DNA of 63,095 nucleotides, the filler included, from Sphacelaria rigidula (Eukaryota): assembly GCA_964200075.2 (NCBI GenBank). It is 5 parts of 5 records of this genome, joined end to end, with 100 filler letters (N's around TTAATTAATTAA, not from the genome) between each part and the next. Parts side by side here need not be neighbours in the genome. Positions count along the whole stretch, not along the records: positions 1 to 12,540 come from CAXNAA020003650.1; positions 12,641 to 25,180 come from CAXNAA020003651.1; 3 more parts are not named here. One strand, written 5' to 3'. Positions 1 to 14,040 of the stretch are shown here, in pieces. The notes beneath the pieces are model-generated. The model made no database searches. It was not told where the DNA came from and was given only the letters and a program-made list of their open reading frames with translations. Position 1 is the first letter of the stretch. The number at the start of each line of letters is the position of its first letter. The position numbers were made by a program, and so were the translations under genes.

Positions 1-553
1 TGGGTCGGTATCGGTAGGGTATGATATGTCCCAAATACCGGTACCGGGTACCTACCTTACCTACGGTGCCTGTGCAAGTTTGCGCCAGGTGGTCAAGTTG
101 ATCCAAGATCATCAAGTTCGGATGGATTGTTGGATTAAACTCTCGGTAGTAATGGTGTATTTTGTTACCTTCCCGTCGTAACTCCAACTCTCAGAATGCG
201 CACGGACATGAAATGACAAAATAGAAACGAACCTCGACGGATTACCAGGGTACTGATCTGATACACGGTAAAAAAATGTCAGAGAGGTAACGAGGAAGGA
301 ATGCAGCGATCCCTCAAGACACTGGACTTGTCCGGCAGACGGGGAATGGAAGGTGACCGAGTATGATGGGGCGTACTCATTCGTTGCTTACCTCATTCGT
401 TTGACCAATGATCACGCATCCCTTTTGAGACGGAGCATCGTATAGGAGGGGGGTGGGGGGGGGGGGGCAGCCGACTTGAAGCAGAAGTACAGGCACACCA
501 GGAAGTACTACACTGACTGTGTGGCCTTCGATAGAGCATGCTACTGTACTCAC

Positions 554-3500
554 CGTCGGGGTCATGCAGGACAAGGAACGGGAAGTCGATCTCGCTCAGT
601 CGCGACCCAAGGTGCGCCAACAAGCCTGACAAAAGCATGGTAGAGAGAGCGAACAATTCGTGAAATACACCGTGGACCCGCGATGATTTCGAGTTGCTTG
701 CAGCTTCTGTATGAAACGGCATCGGCATTTTGAGGAGATGCCCTCCTTCACGGTCCATGGTAATCATGTTCCACCACTATGTGGGACAATCAAGCAATCG
801 AAACAGTCGGATCAACCAGCACACCTGAACTAATATCAGCCTCACTCCCTACCGGCGTTCGACTTCACGAGCGCCGAGAGAATTCAGCAAAACAAGGTCG
901 ACTGCGAGCCGAGCTTGTTATCGGTACTGTAACCTTTGGATCCAACGCGACAATGGTACGACATGATCAACAGTGCTCCAACAGGATTCAGTCGCCAAAC
1001 GATGCAACTCACCAAGCAACTGGGAGCCCGTGCTGAGTCGCATATTCCCTGGCCATCCGAGTCCGCCGGGCTTGTTTATTTTGTCCAAAGCGGCTAGTTG
1101 GGCGTGACATGGGTTTGTCCACACCTTCTCGGGGATGGACACTGCCGACAACAACATTTCCACCAGGCACACCGACAACGCAATACTTCATGTCGGGCGC
1201 ATGGCAGGGACATACATCGAGATGATGTTGATGGCAACCCCGTTGGCCTTGAAGCGAAAGTGCACCCTCGTGCACCCGCATGCTTGCAGAATAGATACTG
1301 CTAACTATTGACGCGGACTTGCCGGAAGCAATAATTATATAATATTCCAAACGTGCCACTCGGCTACCGTGTTCATACTCAAGGCTCCACGGTCATACCC
1401 CACACATACGGGCAACCATGCACAGTATCCTGGCCGCTACAGTGAGTGACAACAACGCCTGCGAGGGTAGACTGAAGCTATCAAGCACACCATCGCGATG
1501 CTTTGCTCTAAAACAATCCGATACAACACGACAAGCAAGGGTTGAACTCGCGACTCCCTCGAAGAAGGAAACTGAGACCAAAAACTTTCAACGCCATCTG
1601 AGATCCACGTCCTCACGCTGGCGAGCATTTAATCAGCGTGTCGCTGAAGAGCCAGGATATCTGACTTCATGTCCGGCAATATCGGGAAAATAACTTACCA
1701 CGGAGTCTTCACTACGAACGATTACTGCGACTCAGCATCCAAACTTCAACCCACCGCTGATACAGTCCGACGCCACAAATATTCCAACAGGAATCAGGTG
1801 CAGTATAGGCGGACGGTCTCAGCACACTCCAAAACCAACCCCCCTTCACCACCTATAACGATCAATATTAGTCTGCGCCACACCAGATTAACTCAACCTC
1901 GCCTATACCAAGGTTTCGCCGCCAGGCAATGCAGCTAATACAAGCCAATTCATCCCGGCACGAAATCAAGGACAATCGCGCTTGGGATTGTAATATATAT
2001 GTATATGTGTATATATATATATCACAGCAGCACGTATAATTGCTGCCTCTCACCTTTTTCTAGGAAGGATGGTATCTGCGACGAGGGAAACAGCGGCGCC
2101 ACGATGTACTCCAAGAAAATCACCACAGGCTTGGGAGGGGGGTTGCCTGTCACACAGTAACACGAATTAGAGAAAAGTACGAGCGCGCGAGTTTTCAGAA
2201 CAGAAAAGGGTATCTTGAGAATATCCTGCATCTTGGTACTTTGAAAAATCGTATCTCGAGTACCCAAAACTCATAGAGTATCAAGATCGTCCTCAACAAC
2301 ACCCAGACATTGAGTAGAGTAACGCGATCGTACCCGACCCCTACCCAATATTTGAGTAAAGGTTGGAGACCGGACCATATCAACACAAAATTCTGGGGGA
2401 GTAAAAACCAGGGTTTTACCCGACCCAATACACCCTTGGAAACCACATGGGTGCCTAGATGGGCACTGCCGACAAAATGTCTCCAAAGGTCAAGACAGTA
2501 CTCGTATAGCATACCGTGCCAAAGACACTTTCTACGATAGCCCCCCCCCTCAAAGCAGTCCCATTTCGATATACGTGAAGATTTTGCCTCCCAAAACCAT
2601 GCACTTTTGGGAGGGGGCTATCGTAGAAAGTGTCCAAAGAGTAAGCTAGGTGTCAAAATAACCACTGAGCCAGCGCTGATCGGGTGGGTCAGTGGTTTTT
2701 GTGACTGGTTCACAGAGGGTGTCTGGCGTATCGACAGAACAGAAAATACGAAACGCTTTCTAGAGTACCTTAATTAACTTAGTCATACGAGTGCAAGTAC
2801 TCTACCCTCACCAACCGTGGAGGGTATTGCGAACAAAATTGCTGCTTCATCTGCCGCTGCCGACTATGCTCGCTCCAGCTTCAATTCAAAATGCTGACGC
2901 TGGCACGTGCTCCTTGACATACATATGCCAGATTCGTTACTAGAGGCTTGGCCTACTCCTCCGAAAAAGACCACGTCCCGCACAAATCCGACATGGGCAT
3001 AGACTAACGCGGAACACGAGCCAAACCACCAAAAGCGTCGTCGATACGGCACTGAGAAAAAAGAGTGTCAGGGGCGAAACTTACCTGAAATTTGCATAAT
3101 ACGTCCAAGACCCACCGAACAGCTCTGACTGGGGAATCTTGATACGTACACATTGATTGATTACATTGATTGATTATCGCACATCAAGTGATAGCTGATA
3201 GCTGAGATTGAGGGACCCAGTCGTGGTCACGCGATGAACGTATTGTACCCGAGGCGAACAAAACGGAAGCGCTCACTCAAGAACAAGACTGGAAAAAGAC
3301 TCAGGTGTAGACAAAAAACACGGAGTGAAGTGGAGCGGGGCAAAGAGAAAAAAAAGGGAAAGAAAATAGAAGAAAACAAAAGAAAAGGAACGCTGAAGAG
3401 CCAGGGATTTTTTATGTTGTCACACTGTAAACCTCTCCCATACCTGGGGACGAGTCCGCGGTCTACTAGTCTCAATTGAACAGCCCATCTCATCTCTCCC

Positions 3501-6500
3501 CGGTACACGCCTTGCATTTTGGTCTCGCGGTTTGGGTCAGCACTACTTACGCACCGCGCCAACGCTCGATAACCAAACTCAGTAAACTACTTTTTGTTCA
3601 CTCATGTCTTCATACTTTCGATGGGGGGAATCAGATACTGTGCTTCCAACAAAACTCAATGAATCTAGCGGGAACCGAACCCACGCTCTCTTCACCATAA
3701 CGGTGACAGTCAGACTAGTATACCACCGGGTACGGCTATATACATGTGTGCAGCATGACTTCAAGGGGACACAGTCTCGGGGCAAAAAATGAATATTCGC
3801 TCACTTTCAAAATAGAACAAAAGGCCTCGGAAACAGATGGAAGGTCAGCTATTTCGGCCATACTGTTCGAGTATGAGCTCTTACCCATTAGCCCTACGGC
3901 ACCAAACTGTCACGTGTACAACTGCACTGGGAGGAAAGAAACAGCGAGAAATACAGATGTAAAGACAGAAAGAACAGAGAAGGAGGAAAACTAAGGAAGC
4001 AAAAGAAAAAAAACAGAGGAGCATGTACAACAAATAATAACCATAATCAGAAAACAACGCAAGACCACAGGACAAGGGAAAAGTCTACAATACAACCGGA
4101 AATGTAGACAACTACGCTGCTCAGCCGTCGCACTCCAGTGGTGAAAGTAAAATATCAGCCCTTGTTTCTGCTTCTTGTCTACCTTGCGAAGTGAGAAAGA
4201 GGGTTGGCGAAATAAATAAATAAAATTCGTTGGCCTGAGGGAGTGGTAATCCATCGCTTGTTGAACACTTGTCACACGGGGTCATAGCGCTATGGTCTCA
4301 CCCAAGTGTGTTCTCCATCATGTATAAATGTACATATCCAATTCACTAAGTAGCTTTCAAGCGCTGCTTACCTTTGATCGCAGGACAGTTCGTCATCACT
4401 CCCAAGAACCGTTGTCTTTTCGCCTCATCGCTTCTCAACCTCAACCCCACCAACAAAGCCAAACTTCCCCCCAAAGACTGGCCTGCAACGAAAAAAGGCA
4501 GTTTCGTCAATGCCACTCGAAGCGACGGCTCCAACCCAAGACAGCTTGTCTCTACAGCGGTGTGGAGCGAAGGGTGGACGATGCAGGGCGGGGGGGGGCG
4601 GAAGGACGGCGTGTTTTCGAAATGGTGACATGCATAGTGCACAATACCGACTCGAAATCATAGTTGAGGAGTGTCTGAAAAACAACTGTTCCGATATAAA
4701 CAACTGGAGATGCCGTAAAAAACTTGGGGACAAATGACGAATTGTTGGGAGACAGCGCGCAGCAATGGCACCTGCACTCGCGAGTAACACAGAAAGGCGA
4801 CGTCAGCGGTCCATGTTGCACAAGAGCTTCGGGCTTTCTAGAGCTAGGGGTAGACGTAAATGTAGAAGGACGCGAACAAAAATGGACCACACCCCGAGTC
4901 ACAGTCAGCAAATGGAAGCAATCCCCCTCTAACGGGGTCTGCCATGTTGTCCACAAAGTTTACGAAAAAAACACGCTACAAGTACCACGAGGGGTGTGCA
5001 GGGATGGCGAGTTCGAACTACATATGTCCTCAAAGAAGCTGCGTAGGCATGGCAAACTGATCTTGACAAATTTTGTAGCAGGGTTGTACACAATACACAA
5101 CTTACTTTGATCTAACTATAGTAGTCAGGCGGTGGCACACCGCACAGAGATTTGGGTGTTGGACATGAAAACTGGCGTCGGTACTCCTTGCTCGAAGAAA
5201 TACTACAACACTACAACAACACCAGGTCCATCACCCCGACACAGTCTCGTGGCATGACTGCTCCACTGATGGAATGGCCTCCACACTGCGGCCAAGTAGT
5301 CCTCGCATTTCCCCCCGACATGATCGCCAACGGAACCAACCTACACCCTCGGCGCCGCGGCGATCAGTGCAGTAGGCAGTCACGTCATCTCACCGCTGTC
5401 TTCCCGGTTTTCGGCAACGATGTCGATCACTTGCATGCAATCTTCTAGCTGCAGTGCCGTCACGGAACCATGTCGGCGTCGAGGGTTTATGGGAGGGGCA
5501 ACAGACAAAGTGAAAATATAGTACTGTCAGATGGTAGAAAATAGGACGTTCGAGGCTTGAGGTCACCTTTTCTTCATCAAGATATGTTCTACTACAGCTA
5601 TTGGCTACTATTGTTTCAAAGGTGGGTAATGTATACCTCGTTTCCGGCTAATATATATATATATATATATATACCCACCACACTGCAGTCGAGTAATGAG
5701 TAGTACCGATCACATTCAATCTAAGTGATTTGATGTCCCATACTTACTTCAAGTCAACCAAGCTGGGGTACTCCAAACTCAGGTAAATAACGTCTTGCAG
5801 GTGATGTCTGCACTCACCAAGTGCCTATAGTTCGTGATTAGCACACGCTCCCCATCGCTATAGCCGTTGTCCATTGTCCATTTCACGGGATACGGAAGCA
5901 CGGAAATATGGACGGGCAAGAAAACAACGAGAACACACGGCAGAAGACAAGACGAGACAAAACAAGAATTCAAGAACAGAAACGGCGCTCGATTGTGACG
6001 GGTTTAAGAACGCTGCGAATGACTTCCAGCAGGAGCCACCTGTCGTGATACGTTGGTAGTCTGCGTGTAGACTGTGTGAGCTAACCCATAACTCCACTCG
6101 ACAGCAGGGTCAAGTGGCCGGCAGTTTTCCGATTTGGTTCAACGTTTCGTCGGGGGATATAGAGCAGTCAGCATTGGTCGCGAGCAGGCTTGGATCAGGC
6201 CGCAATAGACGTGCTTAACATATGCGTAGTTACCGCCGGCATGATCACGTCACGCCCATGTGTCTATAACTGTTGACTTTCCAGCCGTTTCTCAGTGATG
6301 AAATCAAAAACCAATCGGCCGCTGGTATAATCAAACTATCTGAAGACACCGACTTCAAGTCGAACGAAGGGTGCCTTCCACGTTACGAGATACCTCCTTG
6401 CTTACTTCGTGGGGACCCAACCGAGAAGTAATTTACACCAAGTACAGTAAGTACAGTAATTGCAGGACAAGATGAATACATGACAGTAGTACAGTACAGT

Positions 6501-7750
6501 ACGGCTAGGGTTTTCGGGTTAAACCCTACCCTAGCGGAGGAAACGACACCATTGGCATGAGAAGTGTCGTCTGATATTCCACGCTTACGACAGAGCACAA
6601 CAGATGGAAAATGGCGAAGGAAGTTTGACTGCCGCCGCGCCCCTGTGGTGTAAATAAAATTAGATCGAGATGACGTGGGCTCGGGTCCCGCCAGATGCGT
6701 CTACCCTGGATTTCTCCTGAAACGTGCATGATTTTCGTCGTTGATATCGTTGATATCGTTCAAACCGTGGGGACGTGAGTAGCAATGATACTTTGCTTGG
6801 CTGAGTTTCCAGTACGACAGTCGACGCGGTGCGGGACTCTTGTGGTGGTCATGATCCAATCGGCGATACCAAAATGTGACGTGTGTACCGGGGGAGAGAG
6901 ATGGGTGGATTTCTTGGCACCATTAGACCACAGGCTCGTCCCGAGAAAGGGCATAGCGAGGGTTGGACGTGTGACGAGGAAAAATACAAAAGTGCTTCAC
7001 TCTATTAATAGCATACATCCGAGGACGATCGACGATCGGTGCTGATTGTGTACACCTTCTCGGGATGAGGAGAAAAGCTTGCTGACTGTTTGCTTAATTT
7101 TAGCCATGAACGCCGCACGTGTTCGCCAGGGAGTTTGTTGTACAGCGATGAGATGGAACATTATTCGTGGCGGAAGTGAAACGCCAAAACCTCACTGTCT
7201 CACAAAACTGATACGTCGGGAGTGTGTGGTATGCTGTCAGATTTCTCAAGGATGGTGATTGTGCCCATCTTTTCTGTGGTAAGGGGTTTCAGATTGGCTG
7301 TTTGTCTGACGCCTCCGCCGTCAAATCACTGGGAGTTCGGCAGCGATATGTCAGGCAGGGAAAGACAACTCCCCACTGTTGTACTCCACCCTACCCTAAC
7401 CATTGTCACGAACCACAGCACACGATATGGTCTCACCTGTAGCCATGTCCGTGAGCGTCGTTCATGACCATCAGAAACCCGTTGGCCGCCAGCGACGTGG
7501 ACAAGTCGAGAAGCGTTGGACCGTTGATGTGCGCTGCATAGCCGTGAAAAAAGAACACAATCACCGTGGTCGCTACGGATTCAGGTGGAACGGTGACCCG
7601 TAGGTGCAGTCGCTGACCTCGACTGTTGATGCAGAATTGATCGCTCTTGAGGGTGTTGAAATCCAGCGCTGTCAGCGATTCGGATCCTTCCGCGAATCGC
7701 TCCTCGGCCTCCCGTAATGTCATGCCCCTTGCCCTTGCATTCGGTTCCAT
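554..7750 (-). CDS. Multi-exon alpha/beta hydrolase (Hydrolase_4; monoglyceride lipase/lysophospholipase-like), 3' end not located
   Basis: Phase-consistent GT-AG exon chain: 7437-7750, 5818-5857, 5394-5448, 4372-4551, 2054-2146, 1013-1141, 554-625. The joined protein has FFFHGYAAH, DAHGHGYSDGER, the nucleophile elbow GQSLGG and FPFLVLHDPD. I did not find the catalytic-His exon; it probably lies beyond the window start. The start codon at 7750 is inferred. Confidence 0.9.
2524..2634. mobile_element. 111-bp MITE with 22-bp TIRs and 4-bp TSD (CAAA)
   Basis: GACACTTTCTACGATAGCCCCC ... GGGGGCTATCGTAGAAAGTGTC, with CAAA on both sides (2520-2523, 2635-2638). Confidence 0.85.
3420..3732 (-). mobile_element. 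tRNA-derived SINE-like repeat
   Basis: Minus strand has a box-B-like GGGTTCGGTTCCC near 3668-3682. The body resembles 6820-6960 (opposite strand) and shares the core GACCAC..CTCGTCCCGAG seen at 44585. Boundaries approximate. Confidence 0.55.
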
Positions 7751-10700
7751 GGTTGGTGGCAATGTCCGTGTTGCCGGTTGGCGTGTCACCGTTTTCGCCC
7801 GACAGTGGGAACGCTTTCCCTGAATCTTTTCTGTTGCCGCGATGTCGAGAGAGGAGGGTGCGGAAGGGCGAGGGTTCCCGGTTCAAATCAATTGATGACG
7901 GGAGTTGAAGAGCAGTTATTGGGTACACTAGATTTTCCGACCAGGTGCCCATTTTGATCTATTAGTTATTATATCTTTTCTACTCGCACCAAATCATCCG
8001 CGCTGTGAGCCGTGTAAGTTGCCGAAAGGAGTACGGATCAATTCCCCTGTCTTGTCCACTGCTGCCCTTTAAAATTGGTTCATAGGCTGGCCCAGCTCGT
8101 ACTGACATCGCTTCGCTTCGCTACCCGTCCGTCCTTTGATCTCAAAGGGTGCTATCGAGTGGGGATCCGCGATCGCCCTTTCAGCTGGTGACGTATGTGC
8201 GGATGTTGAGTGAAGGGACGACTCTGATATTTGGGATGTGACCGTATTGCTACATGTGCTCAGGTTACGCTTGGCGGAGTATAACCGGTGTAAGCTGCAA
8301 GCTGCTGACGCTTGACAACATTGTTCGTTCATTCACCGCCGGACCCTGTTGACATACTCGTAGGACGATCACGATCACTGACTGCTTGGGCTGGCAAGAG
8401 CACATGCGCGTGTCGAGTAAACACGTGCAAGGAGACGAAGGAGCTGTCGCTGACATCCCAAACCCAAAAGTCATCAGTGATAACGTCACCGCCCCGTGAT
8501 TCAAGGCGCTTGAGCACATCTCGAGCGCACAATTGTCATGACCCTGTCGGCGACAGCTGAAACCTACACCATCATCTATTTTTCGTAACCGGCAATCCAT
8601 CGGGTTGTACACTCGCTACTACACTCGCTACTACATCTATGGTTCTTCCGAAAGCTGTGGTGATTGTCAATGAGGGTGCCTAGGGTTGTTTTTGGATTGA
8701 CCCTTGCTCGGTGGCCACGCCTATCCCCGCATATCATCTGTCTTTGCTTGTCTTTTATGTTTTTCTCTCTTTACCTTTCTTTCTGTGTGCTTTCCTTAGT
8801 AGATCTGAAGATTGTTTTGTTTGCTTTCCGTTTCGTCCCGTTGAACTGGGGGAAGCTACCTCCCATGTTTTCTTGGCGTCTCTTTTCTTATTTTCATCTT
8901 GGTAACATTTTCATTGATTACGTTTGTTCTTGTAATTAGGCTGGAGTCTCAGAAAAAATGACGAGGACTCTACGTCTTGTGAGGAATAGGAGGGACGGTA
9001 TTGGAAACACGAGCCTACGTCTGCAACCACGGGTGCAAGAGATCGGACTAATGTGCGGAAATAATAATAATAATACTTTCGAGTCGCTGGAGCACGTCTT
9101 GACCGTACATTCGCAAATTTCTTGCGAACGTAAGCTTGAGCCGTGCTCCAGCGACTGGAGGGAGAGGTGGTGGTGGTGGTATTGCACTGGTAGGTTCCAG
9201 CTGTCACCGACAAGTCATGACAAGTGTGCGCTCAAGACAAGCAAGCGACTTGAGCACATCGTGGTGATGGTGTTATTGTACTCGTGTCTTCTGGATTTGG
9301 GATGTCAGTGATGACTCGTCCTCCTTGTACATGTTGGCTTGACATGCGACATGCGACATGTACGTGCCCTCTTCAGTGGAAGCAGTGATCGCAATGCTGT
9401 CATGCCCATGGGGGTTCGGCGGTTAATTAATGGGCACCGCTGTCAAGCACCGACTTCAGATCCTTGCGAGTGAAAATAAGTACAGAGGCGTGTTGTCGAG
9501 ACTCGAAGGACTGCAGTACTCAACACGCAATCGGGGGCACCCTCTCAGCTTCTGGAAGGGTATAACTCGAGACAGTGGAGCGGTGGTTTGCCAGCTTTGT
9601 GACCGGCGCATCATGATTATTTGTTTGTGCTCAGTTACCTACATGCGTGGTATGAGGATGAAGCGAGGCCTGGAGGGAGGAATATGGCTAGGGGTGGCTC
9701 TGGCCGATACAACCCCATGGTGCTGCTGCAATTGATGATGCCAATTCTCGTGAGCAATTACATTGGGGGGGGGGGGGAGTACTCGCGATCTCGCATGCCA
9801 TGGTCATATTGTTGGAATAAATCACGGTCGACGCTCTTGCAGAACGGACCGACCACCGTAATCGATTATACTTACGCTCCAGGATCTGCCTGGATACGAA
9901 GGAAATAGATATGGAGATTGGATCATGACGTGCAGGGGAAATACGAATAAGAGATCATTCTGTTATTTAAGGTATACCCTATGTAGTGGTTGCAGTGCAT
10001 ATCTGCTGGGGCGGCACACGCCTTTTCGCGTGCCGAAAATCTGGGATTATGACATGTCATTTTGTATGAGCGTTTTTCCCAGGTATTAGTACCCCACTTC
10101 ATTCAGTGGTTTCGGTATGTGTTCGTGAGTTGGTGTGCGGCATTATGTGTCGGATCTAATTCGGTGGTGGTTTCAGCATATGTGTGATATATGAGAGTAG
10201 GCAAATATGGGTACACTAATTATATAAAAGATATCTGGTCTCAACTGGCCACGACAGGCCTACAACTTCCCCCGACAACGCACCCGGTGCATGAGGCTTT
10301 CTATTAACGACATGCGCAGGCAAAAGCACACTGGTGCTGTTGCAAGATGGCACCATGCTCGTCATAAGCTCCATAATGAGGAGGGAACCTCCGAGCCAAA
10401 TGTCGTATATCACCGCACGAGGGAGAAGTACTGCTGGAAACTGCGCTATACCCCCCCCCCCCCCCCCCCAAAAGCAAGGGGGTTATCAAAATACCGAGAC
10501 CCTTTGCAACCCAGAGGTACGAGAGATTATGCACGGTTAGTTTGCACAAAAAACGTTTTGATCGTGTCGGGATTCGAAGTCGTGACCTGTGTAATTTTAA
10601 GCTGTTGTATCAGTTGGACCACCGGGGTCACACAACAAGTGCGACGCGAAGCCCAATTTCACGTATTTTTGGCTGAAACTTTACAAGGATGTGGTTGACG

Positions 10701-10949
10701 CGAGTGCCGGTATGCGCCGGATCGTTGTCATCGTTTTGATCATTTTCTGAGGAAGTTATGGCATTTCCCCTGTTTTGCTGAAACTTCAACTCGCTCTAAC
10801 TCCCTGTTTTTTTTGTTTCCCGTGACACCCCTGAAAGGGTTGCGCGGATTGACGTTGAAATATCGTGTCGAAATTTTAGCCCCTAACTCTTCGAATCACC
10901 AATAGCATCTCCACTCTTGGTGTAAAATTCACTGATGGCCGGCCCAGCT

Positions 10950-11590
10950 CGTTCAGTGCAGAACATTTAGCATTACAGTTCATGATGATGCCATGCGGTC
11001 GTCCATGATGGCACATTCGGTATCGCGGAAGCAGTGAACCGTGTGCCCAGAGAGCTTGGTACTGCAGCGCCATATATCACCCCACACGTGCATCGACAAC
11101 AGCGAGTGGGATAGTACAGTACCGTTTATCACGGTGATACATACGGCGGCGCACTGCGACACAAAATTTTACCATCGCCGCAGAGTACGGCGTCATTACT
11201 CATTATCCGCTTGTCAGAACCCACCCCGTGCGAAGCTGCTTGAGCAGCTGGCGCTGGGGGGCACGCCGTACGCTGTCACGAGACTTATCTTCTGCTGCGG
11301 TTGCTAAAATATAAAACGCCTCTTACCCTACCATCTAACGTGAAAGTACGTGCATCACTTCCCTCAACATGGGGGCGACCTCAGCCTTCCCTCGAGTTTT
11401 CGGGGACCCTCGTTCTGAAATTGTGACACCCAGATTTTTGCTTCCTCGGTTTGGCCCAGATCAGGTCGATAAAATGCGTTGCCCAATTTTTGGTTATCCG
11501 ACCTAATTGAAAATCGAGATTGATGACTGCCATAAACGTCGGTCTGAAAGGCGATCCTGAAAACTGGGAACGTTGAACAAGTATATACCA
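10950..11590. repeat. Dispersed repeat, diverged inverted homolog of 21230-21895
   Basis: Shared blocks such as TACCATCGCCGCAG..ACGGCGTCA..TTATCCGCT and CGTTCTGA..TGTGACACC on opposite strands; probably the terminal region of a DNA transposon. Confidence 0.7.
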
Positions 11591-12540
11591 TGGTGCAGGT
11601 GTAGTCGTGGGCCGCTCACTAGCCGCGAGCCGGTACTCATGATGCTGCAGCGAAGCAAACATCTGTGGTGCCGATATTCTTGTAAATAACCCCGTTTGGT
11701 CTTGTGCCGTGCTGTGTTTTGTCCTGCTCTGATCTGCTGTTTTGAGCTGTGCGGTCCTGTGCGGTGCTTCTACTGTTGGACGTGGATCACTGTCCATTGT
11801 TTGATCTTGTGACCAAGCACATTGTCACTAAACTTCGGGACTGTCGGCTGACGGCACCTCCATCTGTTTTTTTGTCGGACGTGACTCTGCTGCCTGCCGC
11901 GGTTTTCATTTCAAGGCGCGACTATGGCATCCCAGGCCATCGTGGGCACTCAGGTCCAGGTGAGGAACGACAATCAGATACGAAGTATGTTGAGAACTAT
12001 TGCAGTGGGTGCGACGTGGACCCAGAAACCTACGGGGTGTGCGAATATCACCATGAGGCCGAGAAGTTCTCTCCTAGACAAGCCGGCGCAGGAGGGTGAA
12101 ATTGGTCATAATTGCACTCTTGAAAAGCCTGAAATCCACGAGAAAAACCGAATTAGAGATGAATGGCAATAACCAAGGCCTCCACAAAAATGCACAAGCG
12201 GGGGAAAATGGTGTGAACTCAGTCATTTGCGCCCATGCATTCCACGGTTGAACTGCCGTGACCAAAACGAGAAATGAATACGAGCTGGGCCAGCTGACAA
12301 TTATTTGCGAATGTATCCGGGCCGGGCGTCTCCTCTAGGCTGCTCTTGGTGTGTTCTCTAGGCTGGAGCCTTCTGCATGAGTCTAGTGCTTCGCTACGGA
12401 TTGTCATCATCGAAACAGAGAGAAACGTTCTGTACCTGCTGCCCCGTCCACCGCATGGCACATGCTGTTCATCCCGTCCTGCAGGCACTAGAGCGAACGT
12501 CGAGGGCCATCGAAGACAATAGGCCATGGTACGAAGCTGT

Positions 12541-12640
12541 NNNNNNNNNNNNNNNNNNNNNNNNNNNNNNNNNNNNNNNNNNNNTTAATTAATTAANNNN
12601 NNNNNNNNNNNNNNNNNNNNNNNNNNNNNNNNNNNNNNNN
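12541..12640. other. Artificial contig spacer
   Basis: N44-TTAATTAATTAA-N44 (stop codons in all six frames). Confidence 0.98.
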
Positions 12641-12855
12641 CTCTAGTGTTGTGGCTTTCACCCTATCCTCGAGTTACTCGTCTCCCCCACTCATTCCAAG
12701 CGTGTGTGCACTGGGGTCCTTAGCAGTACACTCCAAAGATAGTCACCAGGCTATACCTCACCCTTCTTCCTTTGGGCCAATTTTTTACAGAGGTTTTCTC
12801 TCCTCTTTTTTCTTCAAAGAAAGTGCGTCCGACGGGAATCGAACCAGCGACTAAC
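12641..12855 (-). mobile_element. SINE-like repeat fragment
   Basis: Box-B-like GGTTCGATTCCCGTC on the minus strand at ~12831-12846. Confidence 0.45.
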
Positions 12856-13609
12856 GTTTCTTGATATCTTCGCAGTGACGGCAAACGTGGGGTGGTAGCT
12901 CGGGGACGTATGCTTCCGAGTGGTGACGACAAAAGCAGGACACTAGCTAGTGCAAGAAGATTGCCCATTTACCAATGTGGAGCGAGCTTTCCGGAGAAAT
13001 AATATCACCTCAACACCTGGCTTCAATAAATGTACTATAAATATCGTTTATTTCATATGAGCCAGATCGTTGTGTGTAGGTGACGCGCGCATTCTCTATT
13101 GATATGATTCGTTGGATTACGAGCCACTTCTGACGAATATAGCGGTCAGCTTGCACTTTCCATGAATAGTGTACCCGATATCGGCCCCCATTCCTACCCA
13201 TAACAGTACCAAGCTGTTCTATGCTGATTGTACTATTCGCTGACTGCAGTGAGCGCTGCCGGGGTGTTTCCAGAAGCTCATGCTAACATGCGGGAACGCC
13301 TCTTGCAGTACTGTTGCTGTGTGAAGTTGTCTTCGCATTGGTTGACAGTATGGTCAGCTGTGCCGCGAAATGAAACATGAAACCGCAGCAAGACCTTCAC
13401 TGGCATAGCTCGGGAAACGAAATAGCTCCAAGACCCGCTTTGGGCACGCAGACGCGTGTGTTGTACTGTATTTGATGTGTCGTGTTACGTGTGAGTACAA
13501 TATTCACAATTGGCTTTATTGCGGATTTGGATCTGAACGCGCTTGCGACCTGCACACTCCATTTGTCTACCCTACCTGCAAACAAACCGCGCAACCGAAG
13601 AGTTACCAC

Positions 13610-14040
13610 ATGAAATCAAAAGTGGGATATGCGCACTCCATCCGTCTCGTATAGAAACAAGGTGGGAAGTATGTACGTACGATTCATGCTTCATAAATGA
13701 AAAGTGAGAAACATGTGCAATGATTCATATCGTATGAATGGAAGGTGGGGAAGATGTACGTAGAGTCCATGCTGCATGAGTGGAAATTGGGAGACACGTG
13801 CGCTTGATTCACCTCGTATGAATGGAAGGTGGGTAACGTGTGCCCATGATTGATGCTGCATGGATGGAAAAGAAGAAACGTGTTCCTGTTATTCATGGCA
13901 CATGAATGGAAGGCCGGGGACATGTGCCAATGATTCATGCTGCACAGATGGAAATAGGGAAACATGCACCTTTAATTCACACCATATATATTGAAGGTGA
14001 GAAGCATGTACCCATGATCCACACCATACGAATGGGTAGC
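13610..14040. repeat. Degenerate 42-bp tandem array (~10 units)
   Basis: Approximate consensus TGAATGGAAGGTGGGAAACATGTGCCCATGATTCATGCTGCA; ORFs 13684-13965 and 13906-14118 show a 14-aa period. Confidence 0.85.

Noticed and set aside
8329-8532. Kelch-like exon (ITDDFWVWDV)
   Set aside because: A single weak motif that ends in a stop, with no partner exons found
13738-13960. Selenocysteine-rich repeat protein from the periodic TGA
   Set aside because: The same frame also contains TAA, and I recognise no SECIS element
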